Source: a virus | Taxonomy: Duplodnaviria > Caudoviricetes | IMG/VR virus record: IMGVR_UViG_3300005077_000712 | Coordinates: 25,209-89,208 of that record | Length of the DNA stretch: 64,000 nucleotides | Direction: 5' to 3' (one strand) | Shown here: positions 15,018 to 25,108 of the stretch, one piece after another | Position numbering within the stretch: the first letter of the stretch is position 1 | How the letters are laid out: every line of letters starts with the position of its first letter | Notes under the pieces: model-generated | The model's input: the letters and a program-made list of their open reading frames with translations, nothing else | What the model was told of the DNA's origin: nothing | Databases searched by the model: none | Position numbers and translations under genes: made by a program

Positions 15018-16890
15018 TTATTCCTAACCTATCCTCAATAATTTTACAATATTCTTCACTTAATTCACAACCAATTGCATTTCTATTTAATTCCTTTGCA
15101 ACAACTAATGTAGTACCTGCACCTGCAAATGGGTCAAGAATTGTATCATCTATATATGAAAACATTTTTATACATCTTTTTGCAAGTTCTTTTGGAAACA
15201 TTGCAGGATGCCCAATTTTTTTCATCTGTGTCTCAGGTGGAAATTTCCACAAAGCTAATGACCAATCTATAAATTCTTCTTTAGTTAAATCAGTTTCACC
15301 TTTTCTGTTTAACTTCTTATCTTCTTTTGCAAATACTAATATATGCTCAAAAGGTGTTGGAAAGGATGGGCAAGATGGCGACATAAATGAACCCCAGGAA
15401 CAATTATGGAATATTACTTTACCACTATAACTTTCATCTTCTTCTACTTGCAAATTGCAAACATCAATGTTTTCCACATATTCTTTTGTAATTTCTTTTA
15501 TTTTATAAAAGCCATAATGACTTCCTATTTTGCTTTTATTATATCTATATTTAAAATTATTATTTATATCTTCATTTAAGACATTTTTTTTTATTTTATC
15601 AATAAATTTTCCATATATTCGTAACACATAAGCATCACTATTACCTTTTATAATTCTTCCACTTTGTAACATTGTATCTCTATTATTTTTTTTATAAACA
15701 GAAGATAATATTTTAAGTCTTAATAAAATATCTCTTATTTGGTAACATAGTTCTTTAGAAATGGAAACATAACCAACTTCTGTTTCACTAATATACCCAT
15801 CACTTCTTATTAATCCTTTTATTAATTGTTTTTGTAAAAAAAATGGTGCTTGAAATAAAAATGGATGTATCTTTTTATTTTTTGCTAATTTACCACCTAA
15901 AACTTCTAAAATTTTAGGCAAAACTTTTTTTGATGATATACAAATACGATTTAAATTTTCTCTTTTTTCATAAAAAAAACTCCAATTAAATTCTTTACAA
16001 ATATTTTCAACATCTTTACAATAATTCGTTTCATTTAGACCAAAATCTATTCTTATTGTTGTATCTTTATGCGTAGATCCATCACCTATATAATAACCTA
16101 ATAATCTAAAAAAACCTTCAGAGTAATAATTTATTTTTTCGTTAGTTATTTTAGATAATCGTTCATTAAAATTTTCAACATTCCCATGATATTGAGTTGT
16201 ATATTTTGGAACTATTGCATACCACTCACCGTTATTATATAATTCTTCTGGAGTTTTCCACAAAAAATTCCAATTTACTCTTTTTTTTGGAGTATATTTT
16301 CCACATCTTCTTTCTAATGGGGAAACATAAATTTTATGACCTTCAGTTAATACAATATCTTCTCCAAAACTTGATTTTATCTTATAAATAAACCCACTAT
16401 ATTTATTTCTAAATATATTTTCAACTTTTTTAAATCTTCTATTATGAGTTAAAACTTTATCACCAATTTTTATATTTTGTATTTCTATATAACCATTATC
16501 TGTATTTATCAATTCATCAGGTAATAAACACCTATTCCCAACTTGAGACTTTTCCCATATAATATGTGTCATTGGTATATATGTTAAATTAACCATAAAT
16601 TGAATTATATCAGAACTAGTCGGGACTCCACCGTTGCGGCCATCACCAATATTTATAACTACACGACCACCTTTAACAAGTTTCATATATATAAGAAAAA
16701 ATATAGATTTAAGCCAATTAATATATTCTTTATGGTCTTTATTATCATTATAAAGATTATAAGGATTTTTATTATATTTATTATTTCCTAAATCAACATT
16801 GTATGGTGGAGATGTAACAACTAAATGCACACTATCATCTTGAATAGTGTGCAAAGTTTTAAAGCAATCTCCTTGTAATATTTGTATCAT
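14980..16890 (-). CDS. N4-C/N6-A DNA methyltransferase containing an intein
   Basis: VVTSPPYN; HPAMFP...ILDPFAGAGTT; probable start MIQILQGD. Confidence 0.9.
   Translation of the reverse strand: MIQILQGDCFKTLHTIQDDSVHLVVTSPPYNVDLGNNKYNKNPYNLYNDNKDHKEYINWLKSIFFLIYMKLVKGGRVVINIGDGRNGGVPTSSDIIQFMVNLTYIPMTHIIWEKSQVGNRCLLPDELINTDNGYIEIQNIKIGDKVLTHNRRFKKVENIFRNKYSGFIYKIKSSFGEDIVLTEGHKIYVSPLERRCGKYTPKKRVNWNFLWKTPEELYNNGEWYAIVPKYTTQYHGNVENFNERLSKITNEKINYYSEGFFRLLGYYIGDGSTHKDTTIRIDFGLNETNYCKDVENICKEFNWSFFYEKRENLNRICISSKKVLPKILEVLGGKLAKNKKIHPFLFQAPFFLQKQLIKGLIRSDGYISETEVGYVSISKELCYQIRDILLRLKILSSVYKKNNRDTMLQSGRIIKGNSDAYVLRIYGKFIDKIKKNVLNEDINNNFKYRYNKSKIGSHYGFYKIKEITKEYVENIDVCNLQVEEDESYSGKVIFHNCSWGSFMSPSCPSFPTPFEHILVFAKEDKKLNRKGETDLTKEEFIDWSLALWKFPPETQMKKIGHPAMFPKELAKRCIKMFSYIDDTILDPFAGAGTTLVVAKELNRNAIGCELSEEYCKIIEDRLGINENVDGRPKITL
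15403..16530 (-). mobile_element. Intein with LAGLIDADG endonuclease (376 aa)
   Basis: N-terminus CLLPDELI, block B LTEGH, LLGYYIGDG and IKGLIRSDG, C-terminal HN followed by Cys+1. Confidence 0.9.
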
Positions 16891-17222
16891 TTTGCAAAAT
16901 TCCATTTACTTGAATAATCTATAGTTTCGTATTCACCAAGTTTTATTTCTTGATTTATATTTTGTAAAACTATTTGTAACGCTATTTTTGTTTCTAAATG
17001 CAATTTATCTAATTCTTTTTCCTGTTCTTCTGTAAGATCGCTATCATCATCTTTTGATCTCAATTCAAGTATTTCAGCTATATCTCTAATAACATCAGAA
17101 TTACCATAAGGACGTTTACAATTTATTGAAGGCGCACCATATTCACAGTCCCACCAACTTACATACATATTTCTTAATAGTATAAGATGTTCTTCTCTTA
17201 AAATAAATGTTTTTTTATTCAT
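16887..17222 (-). CDS. Conserved phage hypothetical protein
   Basis: CKRPYGNSDV; probable start MNKK (the track start lies inside a terminator hairpin). Confidence 0.65.
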   Translation of the reverse strand: MNKKTFILREEHLILLRNMYVSWWDCEYGAPSINCKRPYGNSDVIRDIAEILELRSKDDDSDLTEEQEKELDKLHLETKIALQIVLQNINQEIKLGEYETIDYSSKWNFAK

Positions 17223-17242
17223 ATCTTCCTCTTTTTTGATAA

Positions 17243-17289
17243 AAAAAATGTCGCACTGGTGCGACAAAACACCTAATGCGACATTTTTT
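17243..17289 (-). terminator. Intrinsic terminator with a duplicated left arm
   Basis: Minus strand: TGTCGCA...TGTCGCA CCAG TGCGACA TTTTTTTT. Confidence 0.55.
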
Positions 17290-17292
17290 GTT

Positions 17293-18075
17293 TTACTTAC
17301 TCTTTGCTACTTGATCCATAAGACCCCATAACAAGATATTTACTTTGGTATCTTTTACAACACTTTTGATACCTTTAGTTTTAGAACGCCTTTTCTCGCC
17401 TTGAAATTCAATTCCACCTTTAATTACATTTTCCTGCACTACATTGAAAACTGTAAAGAGGTCATTTTGAAAATCATCTTCACGTCTTGGAGTGAGAAGA
17501 GTAGAAGAATTAATTTTGCTTGTATCACCATAGATACCAATTTTAGCTTCATTAGCAAATTGTTCTTTTTCTGTTTGATTCAGTTTAATACTTTTGTAGG
17601 TATCAACTTGAGTCATAATCTTATCACTACTCTTTGCAAAGTTAAAAATCAGTTCTTCAATATCACCCACTTGCATACCTGCATGTCTTTGATTTATTCC
17701 ACCAAAGATATTTTCAGCTATTGTGAGACCATTACTACAAACAAGTCTATAAAGACCTGCAAGAGCTTGAGCTGAAAGTCTACCATTATGGCTGTTAAAT
17801 ACTGATATTTCAGGGGCAACATCTTTAAGAGAAAGATTTAAAAAACTTTTGTGACGAAATCTTACGTTATGAACAGCATAAGGAGAAACAGCACCTTTTC
17901 TTGTTTTTGATTGTTTTGCAAAAGTTGGATAATATCCAAATTCCTCAAAACCTTTAATTATATCTATAGTTGGAACCATGACATATTTTTCAGACATCTT
18001 TTCGCTTGGTAATGTTGAAAATATTGAGGGAGCTTTTTCTCGAAGTTGTTCAGTAGTCAACACATTTTGTAACAT
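17293..18075 (-). CDS. DUF932/DUF945-family phage protein
   Basis: LTTEQLREKAPSIF...SEKY..VPT...NSHNG...GLYRLVCSNGL. Confidence 0.85.
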   Translation of the reverse strand: MLQNVLTTEQLREKAPSIFSTLPSEKMSEKYVMVPTIDIIKGFEEFGYYPTFAKQSKTRKGAVSPYAVHNVRFRHKSFLNLSLKDVAPEISVFNSHNGRLSAQALAGLYRLVCSNGLTIAENIFGGINQRHAGMQVGDIEELIFNFAKSSDKIMTQVDTYKSIKLNQTEKEQFANEAKIGIYGDTSKINSSTLLTPRREDDFQNDLFTVFNVVQENVIKGGIEFQGEKRRSKTKGIKSVVKDTKVNILLWGLMDQVAKSK

Positions 18076-18138
18076 ATTTTTTCTCCTTTGTAATATTGTA
18101 TATTATTTCTTGTAACAATATTTAAAAAAATTAAATAA

Positions 18139-18354
18139 TTATTGCAAATAATTATTTAATAAATTTAAGTATTGTTTTTCTTTTTTGGAGAGTTTGTTTT
18201 TGGATTGAATTTCAGATATTTTGTTTTTTAAACTATTAAGAAATATTTTTTGTTTATGTTTCTTATTATGAACAGAATTAGTAAAATATTGTTCATATTT
18301 AGTTATAATATAAAAAAACAAAATAGCAGAAAAAACAATTATAAATATAATCAT
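18139..18354 (-). CDS. Small membrane-anchored protein
   Basis: N-terminal transmembrane segment. Confidence 0.5.
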   Translation of the reverse strand: MIIFIIVFSAILFFYIITKYEQYFTNSVHNKKHKQKIFLNSLKNKISEIQSKNKLSKKEKQYLNLLNNYLQ

Positions 18355-18407
18355 TCTTTCCTCCGCTGTTCTAATACTATAACAATTTATATAATGTTTG
18401 TCAAACT

Positions 18408-18635
18408 TTAATTAACATTATTCCCTATATTTTTTAATATAGATATTAATTCATTAATATTATCAAAAGGTATTGATATACCTTTTTTCAAAGGAATAAT
18501 TTCATTATCTTTATTCCACATTTTTCTTATATCAATATATTTTTTATTTTTAAACTCTGATATACTTACTTTTATAAAATTTTCTGCTTCAGGATTACCA
18601 ATAATTCCTACATTTTCTTTCTCATCAAATAACAT
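18408..18635 (-). CDS. PC4/YdbC-like ssDNA-binding protein
   Basis: IKVSISEFKNKKYIDIRKMW...PLKKGISI. Confidence 0.85.
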   Translation of the reverse strand: MLFDEKENVGIIGNPEAENFIKVSISEFKNKKYIDIRKMWNKDNEIIPLKKGISIPFDNINELISILKNIGNNVN

Positions 18636-18650
18636 TTTTAACCCCTTTTT

Positions 18651-18784
18651 TTGTCAATAAATTTCCAAACCCTTAGAATATTTAAGAAGTATTTAATATA
18701 TTAAATACCTTAATATATTTAACACTACAACCCTTTCCACAAGGTTATTATATTGTAAAAAAAATAAATAATTTAATTTTTTTT
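18651..18784 (-). repeat. Copy 1 of a ~134-bp inverted repeat (partner at 47999-48132)
   Basis: Reverse complement matches copy 2 with 3 mismatches by manual alignment; contains a 20-bp palindrome and TTGACA. Confidence 0.9.
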
Positions 18785-18805
18785 AAAAAAAAGAGAAAAA
18801 AAAAA

Positions 18806-20695
18806 TTAATCATTTAATCTTACACTACTTCCTGTAGCTTTTGCCCATTTAATTGCTTCTATATCTGCTTCTGATAGATCAAATTCATCTTCCCAGTATT
18901 TAGGCAAATTAAGTTCTTTTTTAATTGGTTCATTTGGGTCAACAAATTCATCTTCATCACCTAAAAGATAATCTTTCATTATCATTTTATCTGTTACTGC
19001 CCATCCAATTTCTTGTAAATAAACATATTGACATAAAGCCATAACTAAGTCGTCATTGCCACTAATAGCAGCAATTCTTCCTCTTGATGTCATACCAAAA
19101 TTTCTTAATTCATTTACAGTTCTTATTGAATTAATTTTTAGTTCTTTTTTTGTTAAATAACTTTCAAGAAAAGAAATTGCATTTGGTCTTATTGGGTTAA
19201 CCATAGGGAAACCTGCTACAAAATTATGTTTACTTTTTTGATGCCAATAAAATCCTTCATAATTAATAGTATTACCAAAATATTGACATATATTAATTCC
19301 AAGTCCATTTCTTTCAACAGATAATTTAGCATTATTATAATATTCACACATTACTTCAAGAACTTCTTTATATTGTTCTGTGTTAACTTTTCCTTTATAT
19401 TCTGCTACTTGATTATTACCATCTTCAGGATCAAACACATGAAAGGTACAATAGTCATTACTTTCCCCACCGCTGACATCCGCAGTTATGCAATATTGTT
19501 TTTCAGGTTCAGGATCTTTCCATATCCAAAGACCTTTAAGATATTTATATTCAGGATCCCAATTATTTTTCATATTTACAAAGACGTTTAAATCTTTGTA
19601 ATATCCTTCTGAATTTACATCATTTGGGTTTATAAAATCAACTCTAATTGGATTTTTTGTTTCAATAGCTTGTAATATATAACCTTCAATAAGTGAATGT
19701 TCAGTTTCATAAACTTCTTGTTTACATACTTCAATTTTATATCCTCTTGTTCCAAGAGTTTCAAGCATTTCAAGATGCCATGATTTACTTCTATAGTGAG
19801 GAATATCATCAACTTCTACATCTATAAGTTTATATTTAGAATCAGGATTATCTTGCGCTCCATGAAGGATTCTAAGATAATCATTATTAACAACATTATT
19901 TCTTGGTAAAGTAGATATTACAAAAAACTGTGATGGTAATGTTTTATTTGTAAAGTCTGTTAATGCACCTGCTGATAGAGCAGGAGTAGCTGCACTAAGT
20001 ATTGCTTGACTATCTTGGTATGAAGCAAATTCATCAGTAACAAGTAAGGAGAGAGATTCACCCTGGGCAGGATCACCTTTATTTGGGAGGGAAGTAATTT
20101 TAGAGAAGTTGTGAGCAAATGTTACTGATGTTTTTGCAAATTCACTTGTTTGTTGTTTTAACCAAACAGGTAAATGCTCATACATAAATTTTATTCTTTC
20201 AAGGAAAGTAGTTGAATCTCTTAAAGTTTTTGAAATTACTACTATTCTTTGGGAATCAAAAAATAAAGCTCTCCATAAAGCATAAGCACCAACCGTTGTG
20301 GAGAAGGCAACCTGTCTTGATTTTAATGAAACTACATATCTATGTTTTAAAAAATCCATAGCAGCATTTACTTGCCATTTATAAGCATTATCTTTAATAA
20401 CTATTGCACCTTTTGTTGGATGTGATACAGTACAATATTCAAGAAAAAAATAAGCAAATCCTGTTCCATTTACAACATCAGTTATTTTTTTTAATTCTTC
20501 TTTTGCTTGATCTAATGTTAAATTATCTTTTTCTTCATCACTTAACATAACTATGTTATGTTCTTTATAAAACTTAATTCTATCAAATGGGTAAAAAGTT
20601 TCTTCTTCTACTCGTAATAGAGATTCATCTATTATTGTTTGATCTTCTTGTCTTATATTTTCTTGAACCTTTTCTTGAGTTTTTTTCATGCACAC
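18806..20695 (-). CDS. terL: Terminase large subunit (T4 gp17-like)
   Basis: LKSRQVAFST (Walker A), LLVTDEFA (Walker B), ITADVSGG..NDYC, NDDLVMAL. Confidence 0.92.
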   Translation of the reverse strand: MCMKKTQEKVQENIRQEDQTIIDESLLRVEEETFYPFDRIKFYKEHNIVMLSDEEKDNLTLDQAKEELKKITDVVNGTGFAYFFLEYCTVSHPTKGAIVIKDNAYKWQVNAAMDFLKHRYVVSLKSRQVAFSTTVGAYALWRALFFDSQRIVVISKTLRDSTTFLERIKFMYEHLPVWLKQQTSEFAKTSVTFAHNFSKITSLPNKGDPAQGESLSLLVTDEFASYQDSQAILSAATPALSAGALTDFTNKTLPSQFFVISTLPRNNVVNNDYLRILHGAQDNPDSKYKLIDVEVDDIPHYRSKSWHLEMLETLGTRGYKIEVCKQEVYETEHSLIEGYILQAIETKNPIRVDFINPNDVNSEGYYKDLNVFVNMKNNWDPEYKYLKGLWIWKDPEPEKQYCITADVSGGESNDYCTFHVFDPEDGNNQVAEYKGKVNTEQYKEVLEVMCEYYNNAKLSVERNGLGINICQYFGNTINYEGFYWHQKSKHNFVAGFPMVNPIRPNAISFLESYLTKKELKINSIRTVNELRNFGMTSRGRIAAISGNDDLVMALCQYVYLQEIGWAVTDKMIMKDYLLGDEDEFVDPNEPIKKELNLPKYWEDEFDLSEADIEAIKWAKATGSSVRLND

Positions 20696-20792
20696 CTTTT
20701 TTTAAGAATTTTATTTTATTAAAAACAAATATAAGTTTAATTATTATATAATATATATATTTCATTATTATCACTAAAAATGAGGATTTTTT

Positions 20793-23700
20793 ATGGCAGA
20801 AATATTAAGTAGAAATGATGTAAAACAAGCATGGAAACAAATAGATCGTAAGTTAAAAAGAGTTACGACAGATACAGAAATTGTAGGTGAACTTAATACT
20901 TCATTAGTCCCAACACATATGCTTCCTCTTGAATTAGATGATAATTATACTGCTTTAGGCGCATTATCAGCAAACAATATATCTCAATTACAAGAACAAC
21001 TTGAACTTGATAAATTAAATAGAACAACAAGATATGATAGATTACAAAGTGCTATGGAACATCCTGAAATTGATGGTTCTCTTTCTATATATGCTGATGA
21101 AGCAACTACAGAAGACCAAGATGGTATTACTATTCATGTTCAACATCCTGACCAAAAGGTTCAAGAGATTGTTGAACAATGTTTTGAAAGAATAGGCATT
21201 GAAGAAAAGGCATGGCAAATAGTAAAGAATTTTTGTGGTTATGGTGATGAATTTTATGAAGTTGCAATTTCTAAAACTGTTGATTCAATTTTAAAAATTG
21301 ATAAACTTCCTAGAAAAGCAGTTGAAAGGGTTGAAGAAAATAATATATTAAAAGGTTTTAAATTTAATAACGAATCACTTGATAGTGAAAATCAATTTTT
21401 TACATACCAAATTAATTATCAATCACAGCAAGAACAAGAAGAAGAATTAATATATCCATTTAGAATACTTCATTTTAAAACTAATTCAGATAAATATGGA
21501 GTATATGGTCAAGCAATTATTGATACAATTATTTCTACTATTGACCAATTAAAAATGATGGAAAAGGCAATGGTTGTTGCAAGGGTGACAAGAGCTGCCG
21601 AAAGAAGAATATATACAATTGATGTTGGAAATTTACAAGGTGAAAAAGCTATTAAATATGCTAATCAAGTTGTAGCTAATTTTAAAAATAAGAAAAAACT
21701 TAGTTTTGGTTCAGAAACATCAAGAACACTTGATTTACAAAAAGATGTTTTTGGAACTGTAGAAGACCTTGTAATTCCTAAAAGACAAGGATCTGAAGGA
21801 AATACAATTACTACATTAGAACAAGCTTGCCTAAGTTTAGAAACAAAAATTGATTTATTAGACGGAAGAAGTTTACCACTAAAAGATATAATTAAAGAAT
21901 ATAATGAAGGTAAAGAAAATTGGGTTTATTCTTGTGATCCTATAAATGGTAAAATAGAGCCAGCATGTATTAGTTGGGCAGGCGAAACAAGAAATAATGC
22001 AGAAGTTTTAGAAATAACTTTAGACAATAATGAAAAAATAATTTGCACACCAGATCATAAATTTCCTATAAAAGATATTGGTTTTATAGAAGCAAAAGAT
22101 TTGAAAGAAAACCAATCTATGATTCCTTTATATAAAAGAAAGTCTAAAGAAGGATATGAAGAAATTTTTAATAATTATAATAAAGAATGGGAATTAACTC
22201 ATAGACTAGTGCGAAAACATATTGATTTGCCAGAATATATTTTTAATGAAAGTTATAAAGATAATCCCAAAACAATAACACATCACAAAAATTTTAAAAA
22301 AGACGTTTATAATAGAGTTGGACTTGGTTTAATCAAATATAGAAAAGAAAATAAAAATTGGCATGATAATTATCCATCACCACCTGTATGGGATAACCAA
22401 AAAGTTATATTTGACCAAAAACTTTTAAATTGGTTTATAGATATTGTTGCAAGCAATAAATTGTATAACAAAGAACAAGCTGTAAATTATATACAAAGTA
22501 ATTGTAATAATTTCCTTAATTATTTTTTTGAATTAAATAAAAAGCAAGATGGAAAAATATCAAAATTTGTACCACATTTTTCAATAAATTATTTACAAAA
22601 GCTTTTAATATTTGGAAATTTTAATGGGTGGAAAAATTTTAAAGATTCTTATAATTATAATAATCATAAAATAATTTCTATTAAAACTTTAAATGAAAAA
22701 ATAAATACGGGAACAATAACAGTTAACCATAGGTTCCATACATTTGCTTTAAGTTGTGGTATTTTTACTAAAAATTCAAATTTAGGGGAAACATCGGATC
22801 TTGAATTTTTAAGAGATAAAATATTTCCTGCTCTTGGTATTCCAAGACAATATTTTTATGATGATACATTTGCAAACGCAAATACAAATCTTTCATCTAA
22901 ATCTGTTCCATTTGCTAAAAAAATTAAAAGAGTACAAAGAGCATTTTTAACACCTTGTTATAAAATAGCAATCATTGAATTAAAATTAAAAGGAATCTCT
23001 AATGAAAAAATTAAACAATTAGTTCTTTTAATGAATAATCCATCTAATATAGATGATAGAGAAAAAATAACTCTTGAAACTGAAAGATGGAATTTAATTG
23101 CTGCTATTAAAGGTTTAAATGCTGAAAAAACATTTTTTCCTGATTATCTCATCTATCAAGATTTTCTTAAAATGAATAAAGATGAAATAGCAATGTTAAT
23201 GAAATTAAATATTATGCAAGATAATGGTCAAAACCCATTTGATATATTTGATATTGATGAAAAACCTGAGCTTGCAAAAGATTTAAATTTGCAACCAGGA
23301 GCAGGTGGCGGCGAAGCAGGTGCTATGGGTGGTGGTATGCCTATGGGTGGTGGAGAAATTGGAGGAGAACTTGGTGGTGGAGAAGGAACAGAGATAGGTG
23401 GTGGAGAAGAAGTTGAAACTGAAATACCACAAGAAGTTAGAGAAAAATTAGGACCTCCTCCGACTGAAGGTGGTGGCGAAAAAGCAGAAGCCAAACCTGA
23501 AACAGCTTCAGCAGATATTTATAAAAAAGATAAGAAGATTTATGCAGATGATTTAAAGAAACAAGTTGAAATAAAGAAAAGTAAAATTTTAAATAAATTA
23601 TCAAGTTTTATGGAACAACATAAAATTGAGATTGAAATTGAAAGAGATGAAGATATTTATAGGGAGATGTTATTAAAAACTAAAAGGGTTTCATTTTCTG

Positions 23701-23810
23701 AAATATTTCTTAATGGCCAATTAGATGGATTAGATAAGATTAAAAAAGATATAGTAATTTATGATGAAGAATATGAAAGAATGGATTTTATAAAAAAAGA
23801 CATCAGTTAA
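20793..23810 (+). CDS. Portal protein (T4 gp20-like) with intein and Gly/Glu-rich C-terminus
   Basis: HPEIDGSLSIYADEAT, RVTRAAERRIYTIDVGNL, EDLVIP, FPALGIP. Confidence 0.9.
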   Translation: MAEILSRNDVKQAWKQIDRKLKRVTTDTEIVGELNTSLVPTHMLPLELDDNYTALGALSANNISQLQEQLELDKLNRTTRYDRLQSAMEHPEIDGSLSIYADEATTEDQDGITIHVQHPDQKVQEIVEQCFERIGIEEKAWQIVKNFCGYGDEFYEVAISKTVDSILKIDKLPRKAVERVEENNILKGFKFNNESLDSENQFFTYQINYQSQQEQEEELIYPFRILHFKTNSDKYGVYGQAIIDTIISTIDQLKMMEKAMVVARVTRAAERRIYTIDVGNLQGEKAIKYANQVVANFKNKKKLSFGSETSRTLDLQKDVFGTVEDLVIPKRQGSEGNTITTLEQACLSLETKIDLLDGRSLPLKDIIKEYNEGKENWVYSCDPINGKIEPACISWAGETRNNAEVLEITLDNNEKIICTPDHKFPIKDIGFIEAKDLKENQSMIPLYKRKSKEGYEEIFNNYNKEWELTHRLVRKHIDLPEYIFNESYKDNPKTITHHKNFKKDVYNRVGLGLIKYRKENKNWHDNYPSPPVWDNQKVIFDQKLLNWFIDIVASNKLYNKEQAVNYIQSNCNNFLNYFFELNKKQDGKISKFVPHFSINYLQKLLIFGNFNGWKNFKDSYNYNNHKIISIKTLNEKINTGTITVNHRFHTFALSCGIFTKNSNLGETSDLEFLRDKIFPALGIPRQYFYDDTFANANTNLSSKSVPFAKKIKRVQRAFLTPCYKIAIIELKLKGISNEKIKQLVLLMNNPSNIDDREKITLETERWNLIAAIKGLNAEKTFFPDYLIYQDFLKMNKDEIAMLMKLNIMQDNGQNPFDIFDIDEKPELAKDLNLQPGAGGGEAGAMGGGMPMGGGEIGGELGGGEGTEIGGGEEVETEIPQEVREKLGPPPTEGGGEKAEAKPETASADIYKKDKKIYADDLKKQVEIKKSKILNKLSSFMEQHKIEIEIERDEDIYREMLLKTKRVSFSEIFLNGQLDGLDKIKKDIVIYDEEYERMDFIKKDIS
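21828..22775 (+). mobile_element. Intein (316 aa) in the portal, with a degenerate HNH-like insert
   Basis: CLSLETKI..., CTPDHKF, ...HTFALSCGIFTKN followed by Ser+1. Confidence 0.85.
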
Positions 23811-24021
23811 TGATGTCTTTTTTTATATCAGAAAGAGTTTCGTCTAATTCTGGTGTGTTTGGTAGAATTTGTGTTCCTAATTTATTTTTATCTATATTAA
23901 ACATGTCATGAGTTATTTTTTTATCTGACATTTTCTTATAAACAAATATTGAAATAATTGATGTAAATATAAGAGTTAAAAATCCAACAATACTAATCCA
24001 TATAAGTTTAATTTTATCCAT
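23803..24021 (-). CDS. Small membrane protein
   Basis: N-terminal transmembrane segment; AGAGG RBS. Confidence 0.55.
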   Translation of the reverse strand: MDKIKLIWISIVGFLTLIFTSIISIFVYKKMSDKKITHDMFNIDKNKLGTQILPNTPELDETLSDIKKDIIN

Positions 24022-24123
24022 ATTAAAATCCTCTTTTTTTATGATTTTATATTAATATATTCAATTTTTTATAAAATGTTTTTTGTTTTTTTGTAAATAT
24101 AACCTATATAACTATATTTTTAA

Positions 24124-24639
24124 ATGAGAGAAAATATTATGGCAAAAAAACAAAAAGAAGAATCAAATGAAATAATAGAAGTTGTTGAGCCAATTAAAGA
24201 ACCTATTTCTACTGAAATAAGAATAACTGATGAACAATTTGAGGCAATTCAAACAGCTTTACAAACAGAATCACTTGAAAAATCTAAAGGTATTTTTGAT
24301 TATATTAAAAAAGTAGCTTGTAAATTATTTAGTTCGTTTGTTAGTTTACTTTTAAGTATAATTACTTTAAAAAATACTGGTAAATGGGTTTCAGTTATTA
24401 CTATTAGTTTTGTATTGTATGTTTTATATACATTTCTTAATAAACATAATTATAGTATAGAAGCAATGACTATTGCTATTCCTCATATTGCACAAATAGC
24501 TGTAATAGTATTTACGATTATTGGTGGTGTTAAGGGTGTTGAAGGTATTGTTGAAAAACTTGCAAGTAATTCTGATATTGCAAATAAAGTAAAAAATATG
24601 GTTAAAAGTGCAACTTCAAAGGATGACGATGTTAAATAA
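24124..24639 (+). CDS. Holin-like membrane protein
   Basis: 2-3 hydrophobic segments and a charged C-terminus; overlaps the lipoprotein gene. Confidence 0.45.
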   Translation: MRENIMAKKQKEESNEIIEVVEPIKEPISTEIRITDEQFEAIQTALQTESLEKSKGIFDYIKKVACKLFSSFVSLLLSIITLKNTGKWVSVITISFVLYVLYTFLNKHNYSIEAMTIAIPHIAQIAVIVFTIIGGVKGVEGIVEKLASNSDIANKVKNMVKSATSKDDDVK

Positions 24640-25087
24640 ATTATTTTTTTTATTAATATGTTTTTCTTTAATTTCATGTTCAACATTTGAAAAAAAAGAA
24701 AAAGTATATAATGTTAATACCAATGATTTTGCTATTAAGTGGGATGTAGAATATATTCATCCAACAGATAAAGAAGGTTATTTAATAGTTATAAATCCTG
24801 AAACAAAAAAACAATTTAAAATTAGTTATAAAGATTTTTTTGTAATGGATAAGGCTTATAAAAATTGGAGAATAGTTGAAAAAGCTAATCCAATGATTAC
24901 AAGTATTGTAGAAAAAAATGAAATTTTGATAATTACTTTTAATTATTTTGATGAAGATTCAAAAAGTATTTTATCAGGTAAATTTATAGTAAACACAAAA
25001 TATTTAACAACAGATAAAAAAGAATTATGGACATGGCGTGGTATTAGTGGTGCATTATTAATTGCATTAATAGCTGTAGCATTATAA
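24629..25087 (+). CDS. Lipoprotein with C-terminal transmembrane segment (candidate unimolecular spanin)
   Basis: MLNKLFFLLICFSLISC lipobox; ends WTWRGISGALLIALIAVAL. Confidence 0.55.
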   Translation: MLNKLFFLLICFSLISCSTFEKKEKVYNVNTNDFAIKWDVEYIHPTDKEGYLIVINPETKKQFKISYKDFFVMDKAYKNWRIVEKANPMITSIVEKNEILIITFNYFDEDSKSILSGKFIVNTKYLTTDKKELWTWRGISGALLIALIAVAL

Positions 25088-25108
25088 AATAAGTAGGAGA
25101 AATATAAA

